Source: a bacterium (GTDB lineage: Bacteria; Myxococcota_A; Bradymonadia; UBA7976; UBA1532). From it: a stretch of DNA of 64,000 bases. Below the pieces are notes generated by a model. That model had not been told where the DNA came from and did no database searches. It saw only the letters and a program-made list of their open reading frames with translations. Position numbers and translations under genes: made by a program. The stretch's first letter is position 1. Every line of letters starts with the position of its first letter. Positions 1 to 10,251 of this stretch are shown here, piece by piece. The stretch is taken from assembly GCA_030427205.1 (NCBI GenBank), contig JAUHXC010000013.1, forward strand, positions 70,413 through 134,412, read 5' to 3'.

Positions 1-760
1 CGATGCGCGGCACGCCGTCGAGCGCTTCGCCCATCAGCCGGCCGGTATCGAAGGCCAGGATGATCTGGTGATTCCGCTCGGCCTCGAAGCGGCGCACGAT
101 GAGCTTCCGGTGGCGGGCCGAGGCCTTGTAGTCCATGGCGGTGTGGTCGAGCCCCGGGCGGTACTCTTCGAGGCGATCGAAGCTCGAGCCGTCGCCGATG
201 AACTTCCGCCGGCGCACGCCGACGATGAAGTCCCGCGAGCGGGCCAGACGCAGGGCGGCCTCGCGCACCGCGCGGATGTCGGGCACGACGCTGAGGGTCT
301 CGTCGACCGGGTGGCGCAGCGTACGGCGCCAGAGGCCGAGCGGGCCGGTCCAGCGCAGCCAGATCGCCTCGACCCGGGCGGTCCCGCGGCGGCGCGGCTC
401 GAGGGTCACCTCGACGACGCCGCCTTCGGGGTCGAGGCGGATGGTCTGCGGCGGCTGCGGCGCGAGCAGGGCGTCGAGGTCGGTCAGCAGCTCGACGACC
501 AGCGCGCGCGCCCTGCGGTGGGGGGTGAGCACGATCCGCAGCGGGTCGCGGTCGCCGATGTAGAGCATCTCGGGCAGCTCGACGCTGATCGCCAACCGGC
601 GGCGGGGCATGCCGGCCAGCGCGTCGACGATGATGGCCACCAGCGACGCGACGAAGAGCGCCAGCCACACCGTCCACAGCCGCGGATCGATCACCGCCGG
701 CGCCAGCGCGACGGGCAGGCCGGCGGCGAGCAGGAGCGCGGATCGGAGGGTGGGCTGCAC
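1..760 (-). CDS. DUF58 domain protein (3' end runs off window); GTG start at 760 with GGAGA RBS, 20 nt downstream of MoxR stop
   Basis: Reverse-strand translation gives ...[20 protein letters not shown]..., the hallmark DUF58 motif. It sits immediately downstream of a MoxR ATPase, which is the canonical pairing. The ORF track omits it because there is no stop inside the window. Confidence 0.8.
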   Translation of the reverse strand, partial: MQPTLRSALLLAAGLPVALAPAVIDPRLWTVWLALFVASLVAIIVDALAGMPRRRLAISVELPEMLYIGDRDPLRIVLTPHRRARALVVELLTDLDALLAPQPPQTIRLDPEGGVVEVTLEPRRRGTARVEAIWLRWTGPLGLWRRTLRHPVDETLSVVPDIRAVREAALRLARSRDFIVGVRRRKFIGDGSSFDRLEEYRPGLDHTAMDYKASARHRKLIVRRFEAERNHQIILAFDTGRLMGEALDGVPRI

Positions 761-780
761 GGTGGACGGTCTCCGAAGGC

Positions 781-1739
<959 letters not shown>

Positions 1740-1743
<4 letters not shown>

Positions 1744-2972
1744 CGGTCTCTCCTGTGGGCGGCGGCGCCGGCGAGCATCGCCCGGCGCCAGCGGTGGATG
1801 CGGCGCGCGACGGCCAGCCGCTCGGCCGCCGAGGCGCGGTCGACGGCGTCGGTCAGCGTGGTCGGATCGTCGCTGACGCCCCGGCCTTCGCCGATGCGGG
1901 CCAGCCAGCGGTGCAGCGCGGGGCGATCGAGCCCGCTCGGCGCGTGCAGGGCCCGGCCGACCCCGTCGACGGTCATGCGCCCGTAGCGGGCGAGGGCGTC
2001 GGCGTCGTGCCCCGCGTATTGGCCGAGCGCGGCGGTATTCTCGATGAGCACCCGCCGGCCGCCCCGCTGGCGATCGACGGGATGCGGCGCGCCGAAGCGA
2101 CGCATGCCCGCCAGCAGCGCGAGCGCGATCATGGCCAGCGCGTGGGCAGTCAGCGCCGCGAGCGGGAACTCGAAGAGCTGGCGGGCGACGCTGGCGGTGG
2201 TCATGTAGCCGTGCAGCGTCTCGTCGACCACCAGCACCCGCCCCTCGAGCAGCGGCTGCAGCAGCTCGACGAGCAGCGGCGCGTGGTGCACCAGCCCCGC
2301 GTTGGCCAGCAGGTCGGGATCGGCGACGAGCACCAGCGGCGTGCCGTCGCGCAGCGTGCGGGCGACGACGTGCGCGCCCTCGCGCGCGAGCATGGGATCG
2401 AGCTCGCCCTCGACGCCCATCGGCTGCGTCAGCGCCGGCTCGACGGGCGGGGCGTCATCGTGCCAACGCCACGGGCCATCGGTGGCCGCGACGCTGCGGA
2501 CGTGGAGCCCCAGGCGCTTCAGCAGCGCGTCGCGCTCGTCGTGCTCGACCGCTTCGAGGCGGGCGATCCAGCCGTCGGTCTTCTGATGTTCGAGGCCGGT
2601 CCACTTGGGCAGGGCCAGCACGATGGCGTCGGCGTCGCTCGCATCGATCAGGCGCGCCAGCCGGCCTTCGGGGTCTTCGACGGGCGGCTCGAGGATGGCC
2701 AGGACGGTGCCTGGCCCGGCCTTGCGCGCGGTCGAGGCGCGGCTGATGACCACCGGCACGTCCAGCGCGCGCAGCCAGCGCACCAGCCCGCGGTGGCCGA
2801 TCGCCGAGCGGCTGAAGGTATCGGCCTCGTAGGACGGCACCGCGACCTCGCCCGGGTCGATCACCGCGAGCAGGATGCCGCCGACGAAAGAGAGCCCGGC
2901 GAAGATGGCCAGGCCGGCGATGAGCCGTCGCCCGCCTTCTCCCGGCGTCGTCCGGCGCGCGCTGTCGCTCAC
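1740..2972 (-). CDS. DUF4350-like membrane/periplasmic protein of the MoxR operon; GTG start at 2972 overlaps the upstream stop (GTGA)
   Basis: An N-terminal TM helix ([22 protein letters not shown]) is followed by a periplasmic domain. The 140-aa Arg-rich N-extension in the ORF track is rejected. A 4-nt overlap with the upstream gene and with MoxR indicates operon coupling. The family assignment is from recall, not from a search. Confidence 0.6.
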
Positions 2973-3625
2973 GCACCCCCCAGGGCCGATCGGATGCGGT
3001 CGAAGCAGGCGACGCAGCGGGCGTAATCGTCGGCGTCGGCCGAGCGTCCGCCGAAGCGGGTCAGCTCGACCGCCTCGACCAGATCGCCGAACGCCGCCCG
3101 CGCCGAGTCGGGCAGGCCCGCCCGGGCTTCGATCTCGCGGCTGGTGAGCGCCCGCGGCACGGGCATGTGGCTGCCGAGGGCCTGAATCGTGCGCAGCAGC
3201 AGCGCGTGCACCGCCTCGGCGAAGCGGCCCGCCGCGGCCAGCGCGTCGGCCTCGTCGACGATCGCGCGATCGGGCGGCGGCGGCGGGCGCGGCGTCGTCA
3301 GGGCGTCGCGTGGGGCGGGGGCGCCGGGCCCGATGCGCTCGCGCAGGAAGACGGCGGCCAGCCCGACGAGCAGCAGGCCGCCGACGATCCACAGGACGGC
3401 CGGCCCGATGGCGCTGCCCCGCTCGCCCCGTGGGGTGTTCGATCCGGTCGAGGAGCGCCCGCCGCGCCCGCTGCTCCCGGTTCGGATCGGGGTCGGTCGA
3501 GCGGGCGCGCCGGCCGGCAGCTCGGCCTGCAAGGACTCTTCGGCGACGATCTGCTGCGCCGACTGCCGCGCGGCCTCGGCTGTCGGCCAGCTCAGCAGGC
3601 CAACGAGCAGGATCATCGCCGTCAC
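2969..3625 (-). CDS. DUF4129-like membrane protein (MoxR operon member)
   Basis: Signal/TM helix at the N-terminus, a second TM, and an operon position upstream of the DUF4350-MoxR-DUF58 genes. ATGA overlap with the NUDIX gene. Confidence 0.5.
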   Translation of the reverse strand: MTAMILLVGLLSWPTAEAARQSAQQIVAEESLQAELPAGAPARPTPIRTGSSGRGGRSSTGSNTPRGERGSAIGPAVLWIVGGLLLVGLAAVFLRERIGPGAPAPRDALTTPRPPPPPDRAIVDEADALAAAGRFAEAVHALLLRTIQALGSHMPVPRALTSREIEARAGLPDSARAAFGDLVEAVELTRFGGRSADADDYARCVACFDRIRSALGGA

Positions 3626-4257
3626 GGGCGGGTCGATCCGGCGGCGGGCGGTGGCTGCGCTGTCTTCACGGTCTGCAATCGGCGCAGCTTGCCCAGCACC
3701 CGGCGCACGGCGTCGTCGACGCCCAGCTCTTCGACCGCGTCGAGTTCGAACCAGCGCAAGGCGTCGCTCTCGTCGGTGATCGCGATGGCCTCGGGCTGCT
3801 CGGTATACAGCGCGTAGCGGATGTCGAGGTGGTCGTGCGCCGGCTCGTGCGCGCGGCCGGGGATACGGTGCACGTCGATATCGAGCGGCCGCCGCCCGAC
3901 GGCGGGGTGGAAGACCAGGTCGGGCAGCCCGCTCTCCTCCTGCGCCTCGCGCAGCGCGGTCGACGCCGGGTCGACCTCGTCGGGATCGCTGTGTCCGCCG
4001 ACCTGAAGCCAGCGCTCGAGCTTGCGATGCAGCGTCATCAGCAGCCGCCCCCGCGGATCGAGCACGAACGCCGAGGCGGTGATGTGCCCCTCGGGATCGG
4101 CCTTGCCGAAGCAGTCGGGGTGGGCGCGCACGAAGGCGTCGATGAAGGCCACGTCGGCCGCTTCGGCGTCGTCGGCCGGCGCGTGGGCGGCGAGCAGCCC
4201 GAGCAGCAGCTGGCGCCGGTCGTCGGCGGGCAACGGTTCTGGTGTCGGAGATGCCAT
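3622..4257 (-). CDS. NUDIX hydrolase
   Basis: Nudix box-like segment GGHSDPDEVDPASTALREAQEESGL. ATG at 4257 (MASPTPEP...). The ORF-track N-extension is low complexity and is rejected. Confidence 0.8.
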   Translation of the reverse strand: MASPTPEPLPADDRRQLLLGLLAAHAPADDAEAADVAFIDAFVRAHPDCFGKADPEGHITASAFVLDPRGRLLMTLHRKLERWLQVGGHSDPDEVDPASTALREAQEESGLPDLVFHPAVGRRPLDIDVHRIPGRAHEPAHDHLDIRYALYTEQPEAIAITDESDALRWFELDAVEELGVDDAVRRVLGKLRRLQTVKTAQPPPAAGSTRP

Positions 4258-4394
4258 CGGGTCGTCATACCGCCGACCGACAGCGGGCTCAAGCGGCAGC
4301 AGGCTCGAGCGGCAGCGGGCTCGACGGTCGGGAAGAGGTTCGAAGGCAGGGGTCGAGTGGGTTCGAGGGGGAAGGGCCGAAACTGCGCGCGGGA

Positions 4395-4592
4395 TCAGTC
4401 GCGGGCGCGCAGCGCGAAGGCGAGCATGACCGGCAGCAGCAGCATCGGCGAGGGCAGGCTGCCGCCGGTCGACGCCGTATGGGTCGCCGCGTCGACGTCG
4501 ATGGCGGTGCCGACGAGCAGGCCCAGGGCGACCACGACCGCCGCCAGCGCCATGTGCCGCGGGCGAACCATCATTCGGTTGTCGGGCGTCAT
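4395..4592 (-). CDS. small membrane protein (65 aa, 2 predicted TM)
   Basis: ATG at 4592 is preceded by a GGGAGA RBS. The hydrophobic segments are ALAAVVVALGLLVGTAI and LLLLPVMLAFAL. The rest of the 145-aa track ORF crosses an AT-rich non-coding stretch and is rejected. Confidence 0.35.
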   Translation of the reverse strand: MTPDNRMMVRPRHMALAAVVVALGLLVGTAIDVDAATHTASTGGSLPSPMLLLPVMLAFALRARD

Positions 4593-4625
4593 GCGGTCTC
4601 CCTCGCGCGGGCGCTGCGTCCACTC

Positions 4626-4647
4626 TGATGGTGTCAAGTTACCATCA
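4626..4647. promoter_or_regulatory. inverted repeat TGATGGT-N8-ACCATCA inside an AT-rich (low-GC) intergenic island 4620-4760
   Basis: Seen directly in the sequence. It is a palindromic operator-like site in the only AT-rich stretch between the NUDIX operon and the glycosyltransferase gene. Confidence 0.3.
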
Positions 4648-5276
4648 TGGTGAATCTTGTTCCGGTGGTATATGCCCGTAACTGCTGGGTTTCCCGTACA
4701 GTTGTTCGCTTTGTGTGCAATTCGGAGGGGGTTAGCTGGCGAATGTGAACAATGGGCGAGTGGGTCTCGGGAGGAATGCGGTGGATGGGATCCTGAGCAC
4801 CGCGCCCACATGCGGTCGTACGCCGAGCGCACGCCCGGCAGGGATCACGGATCCGGCCCCTCGACGGCGTCCGGGGGCGGCGTCGAGTCGGGGGTCGATG
4901 CCCGGTTGTCGGGGGTTGCGCGCGGCAGTGGCAGCTCGGGTTGCATGTACGGCGCGAAGAGCCACAGCTGCCGGTCGGTGGGCCGCTTGCGCCGGCCGCG
5001 CCGCTCGCGCTGCCCGACGACGGGCGGTGCTGCCGCGATCGGCAGGGGCAGCTGGTCGTCGGTGGGCGGTCGTCGGGGCACGGCGGTCCGGCGGCGCTGT
5101 TGATCTCGGGCTGCACCGCTGCGCGACGCGTCAGGTCCCGGGTCTGGTTCGTCGAGAGTAGCGCCCTCCGCCGGTCGGGGCGACTTCGTGGCCCGCGCGG
5201 CCCGTATCGCCGTGGCGGCGGGGCGCATTGACAGGCCGGGGACCTCGCGGTAGAAGCGACGCTTCATGCGCCGTGC

Positions 5277-5295
5277 GACCGGAGGGCCTCCGGTC
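5277..5295. promoter_or_regulatory. perfect 9-bp-arm palindrome GACCGGAGG-G-CCTCCGGTC about 30 nt upstream of the glycosyltransferase start
   Basis: Seen directly in the sequence. It could be an operator or a 5'-UTR hairpin. Confidence 0.3.
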
Positions 5296-5323
5296 GTGAC
5301 CCACCCATGTTCCGGAGCAACCG

Positions 5324-7870
5324 GTGGCAGATCCGAGCGACGACCCCCGCCCCGAGGATGGGCCGCCGAGCGAAGGCGCGCAGGGATCCGATCGGGGTTC
5401 CGACGACGCCGCGGCGGCGGTCGATCCAGCCGTCGCGGCGGCCGCGGGCTCTTCGCAAACCGGCGCCGCGGACGCCCCGTCGAACGCCGCAGGGCCCGCC
5501 ACAGGTCCCGCCGCAGGGCCCGCCGCAGGGCCCACCGGCGTGCCGCGAGAGCCGCCTGCCGAGCCGCCCAGCGCCCCCCAGGGGCCCGCAGGGGCGCCCC
5601 CGGCACCTTCCTACTGGGGTCAGCGTCCGGCGGGCATAGCCGGCGACTGGCGCGTCCTGCTGGCCTTGGGCGTGCTGCTGACCGCCTTCTACTACCCCGG
5701 CCTGGGCAGCTACGGCCTGTTCGACCCTTGGGAGACCCACTACGGTGAGGTCGCCCGCAACATGGTCGAGTACGACAACTACATCGACCCCTGGTGGGGC
5801 TCGCACTGGGACACCAAGGACATCAAGCGTGAGCGGGAGGGCTTCTACAGCAAGCCGCTGCTGATCATGTGGATGATGGCCGGCGGCATGAACGTCGCCG
5901 GCTACGGTGAGCTGGGCGTCCGCCTCTTCTTCCCGTTCCTGGCGATCCTCGCGCTGTTGGCGGTCTATCTGGCCGTCTCGAGGTTCTACGGCCGGCGCGG
6001 CGGCATCCTGGCAGCGCTCGTGCTCGGGACGGCGCCCTTCTACGCGTTCATGAGCCGGCAGGCGGTGACCGACGGTCCATTGGTGGCCCTGATCACGGCC
6101 GGCATGATGGCGTTGTGTCTGGGCTTGTTCGGCACAGAAGACGACGAAGAGGCCTCACCGTGGCTCTACGGGTTCACGGTGGGGCTGCTCGTGCTGATCA
6201 TGGTCGGGCAGCTGTGGGCCATCCTGCCGATGGATCGCAGCCCGGACATCGTGCGCCCGTACCCCGGCGAGCGCGGCCCGTTCTTCGCCATCCAGTGGTG
6301 GTTCTCCGAGGTGTGGACCGTCGGGCGCGGCAAGGGCTGGGTGGTCTCGCTCGCGCTGCTGCCCATCGCCGGCTGGGCGACGTGGCGGGTCTCCCGGCAG
6401 CGCCGCCGGCGCATGCTGTACATCTACCTCTTCTACATCTGCTGCGGACTGGTGGTGCCGGCCAAGGGCTGGCTCGGCTGGGCGCCGATGGGGCTGTCGA
6501 TCATCGGCTACCTCATCGTCACCGGCGAGTGGAAGATCCTCGCTCGGGTCGACATCCCCACGGGGCTCTTGATCGTCTTCATGACCGGGCATCCGTGGAT
6601 CGTCGCGATGCTCGGCGGGCACCACCCCGGCTGGTGGAACCGCTTCATCGTGCACGACCACTACAAGCGCCTGTTCTCGGGCGTGCACAGCATCGATGAC
6701 GGCGCGTTCGAGTACTTCTTCCGCTGGATCGGCTACGGGCTCTTCCCGTGGATCGGGCTGTTGCCTGCGGCCTTGATCCGGGCCTTCGCCCGGCTGCGCG
6801 ATCGCGGCAAGGGGCTGACCCCGCAGAAGAAGTTCGAGTTGATGATGGTCTTGTGGGCCATCTTCGGCTTCTTCCTCTTCAGCAAATCGTCGACGAAGTT
6901 CCACCACTACATCTTCCCGGTCATCCCGCCGTTGGCCATCCTGACGGCGGTCTTCGTCGAGGCGATGTTGCTGCGGCGTGGCCGCAACCGACTGCTGATG
7001 CTCGCCTGCGCCGGCGCGCTGACCATCTGGGTCGGGCAGGACCTCTACCGCATGCCCGCGGCGCACGGTCAGGCGGCCCAGAACCTGGTGAACCTGTTCA
7101 CCTACAAGTACGACCGCGAGTGGCCCGAGTACACCCCGGCCGCCGACGTCGCCGAGCTGCCCGAAGACGAGCGACAGGCCGCCGAGAACGACAACCTCTG
7201 GCTCTTCTCGATGGCCAACCCCTTGCGCCTGATGGCGCTCATCGCCGTGCTGGGCATGCTGCTGCTCGCCGTCCGCCGCGATTGGATCAGGGAGGCCGGC
7301 ATACTCGCGCTGGGCTATGCGTCGGTCTGGTGCGCGTGGTGGTGTCTGCAGGAGTACCTGCCGGTGATCTCGGTCGACTGGTCGCAGAAGGGCATGTGGT
7401 CGGCGTACTACGATACGTGCACCAAGTACGGGCCCGACGAAGAGGACGAGTACCGCCGCCATCTCATCCTGACCTCGTCGCGAGTGCCCAACGACCTCGA
7501 GACCTTCCCCAGCGCGTGGTGCAAGGAGCCCTTCGTCGCCTTCCGCACGAACTGGCGCGGCGAGACCTTCTACTCGGCCAATACCGTGCTGCCGGCGATG
7601 GAGACGAAGTACATGAAGCCCTGGCTCGAGCAATGGGGCGAAGAGCAGGCCTTCTACCTGTTCACCGAGCGCAGCCGGGTGCGCAGCGAGCTCGAGCCGG
7701 CGCTGCCCAAGGACATGAAGGGCCAGTACACCGAGGTCCCGATTCCGCCGCAGCTGCCCGCCGCGCTCGTCGAGAAGTACCGCCTGCCCGACCGCAACTC
7801 GAAGTTCGTGCTGCTGCGGGTCCAGAAGGGCACCGGCAAGCCCGGCGCGGCCGACGAGGCGGCGCGCTGA
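5324..7870 (+). CDS. GT-C fold glycosyltransferase (family 39 / PMT_2, ArnT-like) with a disordered Pro/Ala-rich N-terminus
   Basis: Multi-TM protein carrying the loop motif GLFDPWETHYGEVARNM, which is typical of ArnT/PMT mannosyltransferases. GTG start with a GGAG RBS. The true start may lie further downstream. Confidence 0.8.
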   Translation: MADPSDDPRPEDGPPSEGAQGSDRGSDDAAAAVDPAVAAAAGSSQTGAADAPSNAAGPATGPAAGPAAGPTGVPREPPAEPPSAPQGPAGAPPAPSYWGQRPAGIAGDWRVLLALGVLLTAFYYPGLGSYGLFDPWETHYGEVARNMVEYDNYIDPWWGSHWDTKDIKREREGFYSKPLLIMWMMAGGMNVAGYGELGVRLFFPFLAILALLAVYLAVSRFYGRRGGILAALVLGTAPFYAFMSRQAVTDGPLVALITAGMMALCLGLFGTEDDEEASPWLYGFTVGLLVLIMVGQLWAILPMDRSPDIVRPYPGERGPFFAIQWWFSEVWTVGRGKGWVVSLALLPIAGWATWRVSRQRRRRMLYIYLFYICCGLVVPAKGWLGWAPMGLSIIGYLIVTGEWKILARVDIPTGLLIVFMTGHPWIVAMLGGHHPGWWNRFIVHDHYKRLFSGVHSIDDGAFEYFFRWIGYGLFPWIGLLPAALIRAFARLRDRGKGLTPQKKFELMMVLWAIFGFFLFSKSSTKFHHYIFPVIPPLAILTAVFVEAMLLRRGRNRLLMLACAGALTIWVGQDLYRMPAAHGQAAQNLVNLFTYKYDREWPEYTPAADVAELPEDERQAAENDNLWLFSMANPLRLMALIAVLGMLLLAVRRDWIREAGILALGYASVWCAWWCLQEYLPVISVDWSQKGMWSAYYDTCTKYGPDEEDEYRRHLILTSSRVPNDLETFPSAWCKEPFVAFRTNWRGETFYSANTVLPAMETKYMKPWLEQWGEEQAFYLFTERSRVRSELEPALPKDMKGQYTEVPIPPQLPAALVEKYRLPDRNSKFVLLRVQKGTGKPGAADEAAR
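5492..5539 (+). repeat. 4 x 12-nt tandem repeat (GGGCCCGCCGCA-like) encoding a (GPAA/GPTG)n low-complexity segment
   Basis: Seen directly in the sequence, inside the N-terminal disordered region of the glycosyltransferase. Confidence 0.6.
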
Positions 7871-8010
7871 CGGCGCCGGTCGATGCGGGCCGCCGGCGGC
7901 CGACCACGGGGCATGTGGCGTTCGCCGACGACCCGTCGTAGCATGGTCCCGCCGAGGCGGCCGATGCGAGGTCGAGCTGGTCTGCGGCGCATCTCGACAG
8001 CCGAGCGTCC

Positions 8011-9645
8011 GTGAACTTCCGAATCGCCATCACCCGTTTCCCTTCGCTCGGCGAGCCGGCCCGACAGCGCATCCTGGCGGCCCTCAGCGAAGCGACCGGC
8101 ATCTCGACGGACATGCTCGCCAGCCGGCTCGACAGCTCGCCGAGCTGGCTGTTCGACGTGCCCGACCGCGACGAAGCCGAGGCGTGGCGGGTCCTGCTCA
8201 ATCGACAGCGCGACGTGACCGTGGCCGCGCTGCCCTCGCTCGGTCGACCCGTGCCATCCCATCGCGAGGCGCTGCCCCGGGCGCGGGTCGCGCTGGGCGG
8301 CGGACGGACCGGCGCACGGGCCGGCGGCGGTCGTGTCGCCGAGGGGGGGCCGCCGTCGCAACCGAATACGCGGGTGTCCGGTGGCTCGCCTCGGCGGGGG
8401 ATCACGGCGCCGGTCGGTTTTGATGGCAGGCCGGGCGCGTCGAGCGCGGCCACGAGCGGCGCTTCGGATCCGGCCGAGGCGGCGCAGCGCGCCCCGAAGA
8501 CGGGCCGTCGCGGGATCACGGCGCCGGTGAGCTTCCTCGGTGATGGCGTGCAGACGCCCGATACCGAACCGCAGGTGCAGTCGCTCAGCGAGATGCTCGA
8601 GCACGAGCAGGCCTCCAGCGAGCACCCCGTACGCCTCGAAGACGGCGATCTGCAGCTGGCGTCGACCCGTCGAGCGCGGGGACACGCGCCGACGGTCGCG
8701 CCCGCCGGCCTGCGTCGCAAGGGCATCGACGTCCGGGTCTCGACCAGCGAGCGGGTCCTGGGCCCGCTCGTTCGGCTGCTGATCTTCGCCATCGTGCTCG
8801 GCGGCGGCGTCATGCTGTGGCGCTACTTCAATCGCCCGGTGGTCAACAAGCCGGTGCTGGCGACGATCGAGCTGCTCGAAGAAGGCCGGGTGCCCCTGGC
8901 CCCGCTGCGCTATGCCCCCGTCGAGGAGACCGAGACCTACAGCGTCGCGTTGAGCATCGAGCACCGGGTCGCCACCCGCCAGGTCGAGGTGCGGCCCGGC
9001 ATCGATACGATCGGCGGCGAGGGCCGACTCGAACGCAAAGACCAGGGCGAAGACTATTTCGACTATCTGCCGACCGGACGGGAGACCCGGCGTGGCCGCG
9101 TCCGGCTCGAGGCGATCAGGGTGCTCGATGTCGGGCATACCGGCGAGCTGCCCCCGCCGTGGCTGCCCGACGTGAGCGAAGACGACATGCCGGCGATGCA
9201 GGCTTTCGCCCGATTGCTGCGGCCGCCGTTCGTCCAGCTGCCGGTGGAGCCGGTCGGGGTGGGCGCCCGGTGGCGCTACCGCCAGGACGTCGACCAGAGC
9301 CCGCTGGCGATGCCGATCGACGTCGAGGTCGAGCTTCTGGGTCGCGACGGGCAGCGGCTCGAGCTCGGCCTGCGCTTCAAGGTGCCGCCCAGCCGGGATC
9401 CGGGCGAGGGCGCGAGCGCATACCAGCGCATCGGGCCGTTCTTCGTCCGCTACGACCCGCCGGTGCGCGTCTTCGACTTCGCCGGTGTCGGTGACGGACG
9501 GGCCACGATCAACCTCGAGCGCATGACCCCCGTGAGCCTCAATGTCGCCGTGCAGTTCGGCGCCCGCCTCGAAGCGCATACCGACTTCGGTCAGCAGCTC
9601 ATCGACTACTCGCCGGTGGTCAACCTCGAGATCGGCGAGGATTAG
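8011..9645 (+). CDS. hypothetical membrane-anchored protein (single TM near residue 250)
   Basis: 544 aa with normal amino-acid composition and a TM helix LVRLLIFAIVLGGGVMLW. It contains the duplicated motif RRGITAPV. The antisense 641-aa ORF is Arg-rich junk. Confidence 0.55.
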   Translation: MNFRIAITRFPSLGEPARQRILAALSEATGISTDMLASRLDSSPSWLFDVPDRDEAEAWRVLLNRQRDVTVAALPSLGRPVPSHREALPRARVALGGGRTGARAGGGRVAEGGPPSQPNTRVSGGSPRRGITAPVGFDGRPGASSAATSGASDPAEAAQRAPKTGRRGITAPVSFLGDGVQTPDTEPQVQSLSEMLEHEQASSEHPVRLEDGDLQLASTRRARGHAPTVAPAGLRRKGIDVRVSTSERVLGPLVRLLIFAIVLGGGVMLWRYFNRPVVNKPVLATIELLEEGRVPLAPLRYAPVEETETYSVALSIEHRVATRQVEVRPGIDTIGGEGRLERKDQGEDYFDYLPTGRETRRGRVRLEAIRVLDVGHTGELPPPWLPDVSEDDMPAMQAFARLLRPPFVQLPVEPVGVGARWRYRQDVDQSPLAMPIDVEVELLGRDGQRLELGLRFKVPPSRDPGEGASAYQRIGPFFVRYDPPVRVFDFAGVGDGRATINLERMTPVSLNVAVQFGARLEAHTDFGQQLIDYSPVVNLEIGED

Positions 9646-9814
9646 ACCCCAGGGCTCGGCCGGTCCCGTTCAGGATCTGGACGGCCTGGACACCTTGGAC
9701 GGTCCCGCAGCGACCCGCCTGCCTCCATAGCCACGCAGCACGCCCTATCCTCCGCCGTCACGGCTGGCATGGCGCGTGCTGTGTTCTCGCCCACAGCAAA
9801 CGCAGGAGGATCCG

Positions 9815-10231
9815 ATGTCAGGCCACGATGCCGTCGAGCACAACGCGCGTAGCGCTCACGAGCGTATCTGTCGCACCGCCCGTCGCCGTATACGCTGCCC
9901 CACGGCGCAGACCGGCCAGCAGCACGGGCCGCCGATGACGGGCAGGCCACCAGGGGACCATGAGACGTCGCCCACGAGCCGCCGGCCAGCGGAGCGGGCG
10001 CGCGCCGAGCGGGTCGACATCGCGTGGCTCATGGGCGTGACCGCCGGATGCGCACGGGGGCTTCTGGCGGGGCGTCGGCGGGCGCTGGAGATGGTATTGA
10101 CGGCCCGCTTCGGACCGCTCGCCGTCGACGCCTCGGCCCGGCTCGCCGCGGTCGAGCCCGATGTGCTCGATCAGCGTCTGCACGACGCGGCCCGAGCGCC
10201 CGATCTCGCGACGTTCTGGCGCGATGCATGA
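9815..10231 (+). CDS. small protein carrying a DUF4351-like C-terminal domain (the tail of an Rpn/YhgA-type PD-(D/E)XK nuclease/transposase); probably a remnant or stand-alone domain
   Basis: Consensus RBS CAGGAGGATCCG-ATG. The C-terminus ...LLAGRRRALEMVLTARFGPLAVDASARLAAVEPDVLDQRLHDAA... resembles the DUF4351 tail. There is no upstream nuclease core. The family assignment is from recall. Confidence 0.45.
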   Translation: MSGHDAVEHNARSAHERICRTARRRIRCPTAQTGQQHGPPMTGRPPGDHETSPTSRRPAERARAERVDIAWLMGVTAGCARGLLAGRRRALEMVLTARFGPLAVDASARLAAVEPDVLDQRLHDAARAPDLATFWRDA

Positions 10232-10251
10232 CCGACGAGCGACGCCGAGCG

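Noticed and set aside
2973-3392. 140-aa N-terminal extension of the DUF4350-like gene in the ORF track
   Set aside because: Pure Arg/Pro/Ala low complexity. It overlaps the real upstream gene (DUF4129-like) in another frame. A GTG at 2972 overlapping that gene's stop is the plausible start.
4845-5267. 138-aa minus-strand ORF (MKRRFYREVPGLS...)
   Set aside because: Pro/Arg/Asp-rich. The nearest SD-like sequence is ~20 nt from the ATG. It may be real but is unsupported, so it is left unannotated.
7654-9579. 641-aa minus-strand ORF
   Set aside because: Low-complexity Arg-rich translation. It is antisense to the compositionally normal TM-containing 8011-9645 ORF.
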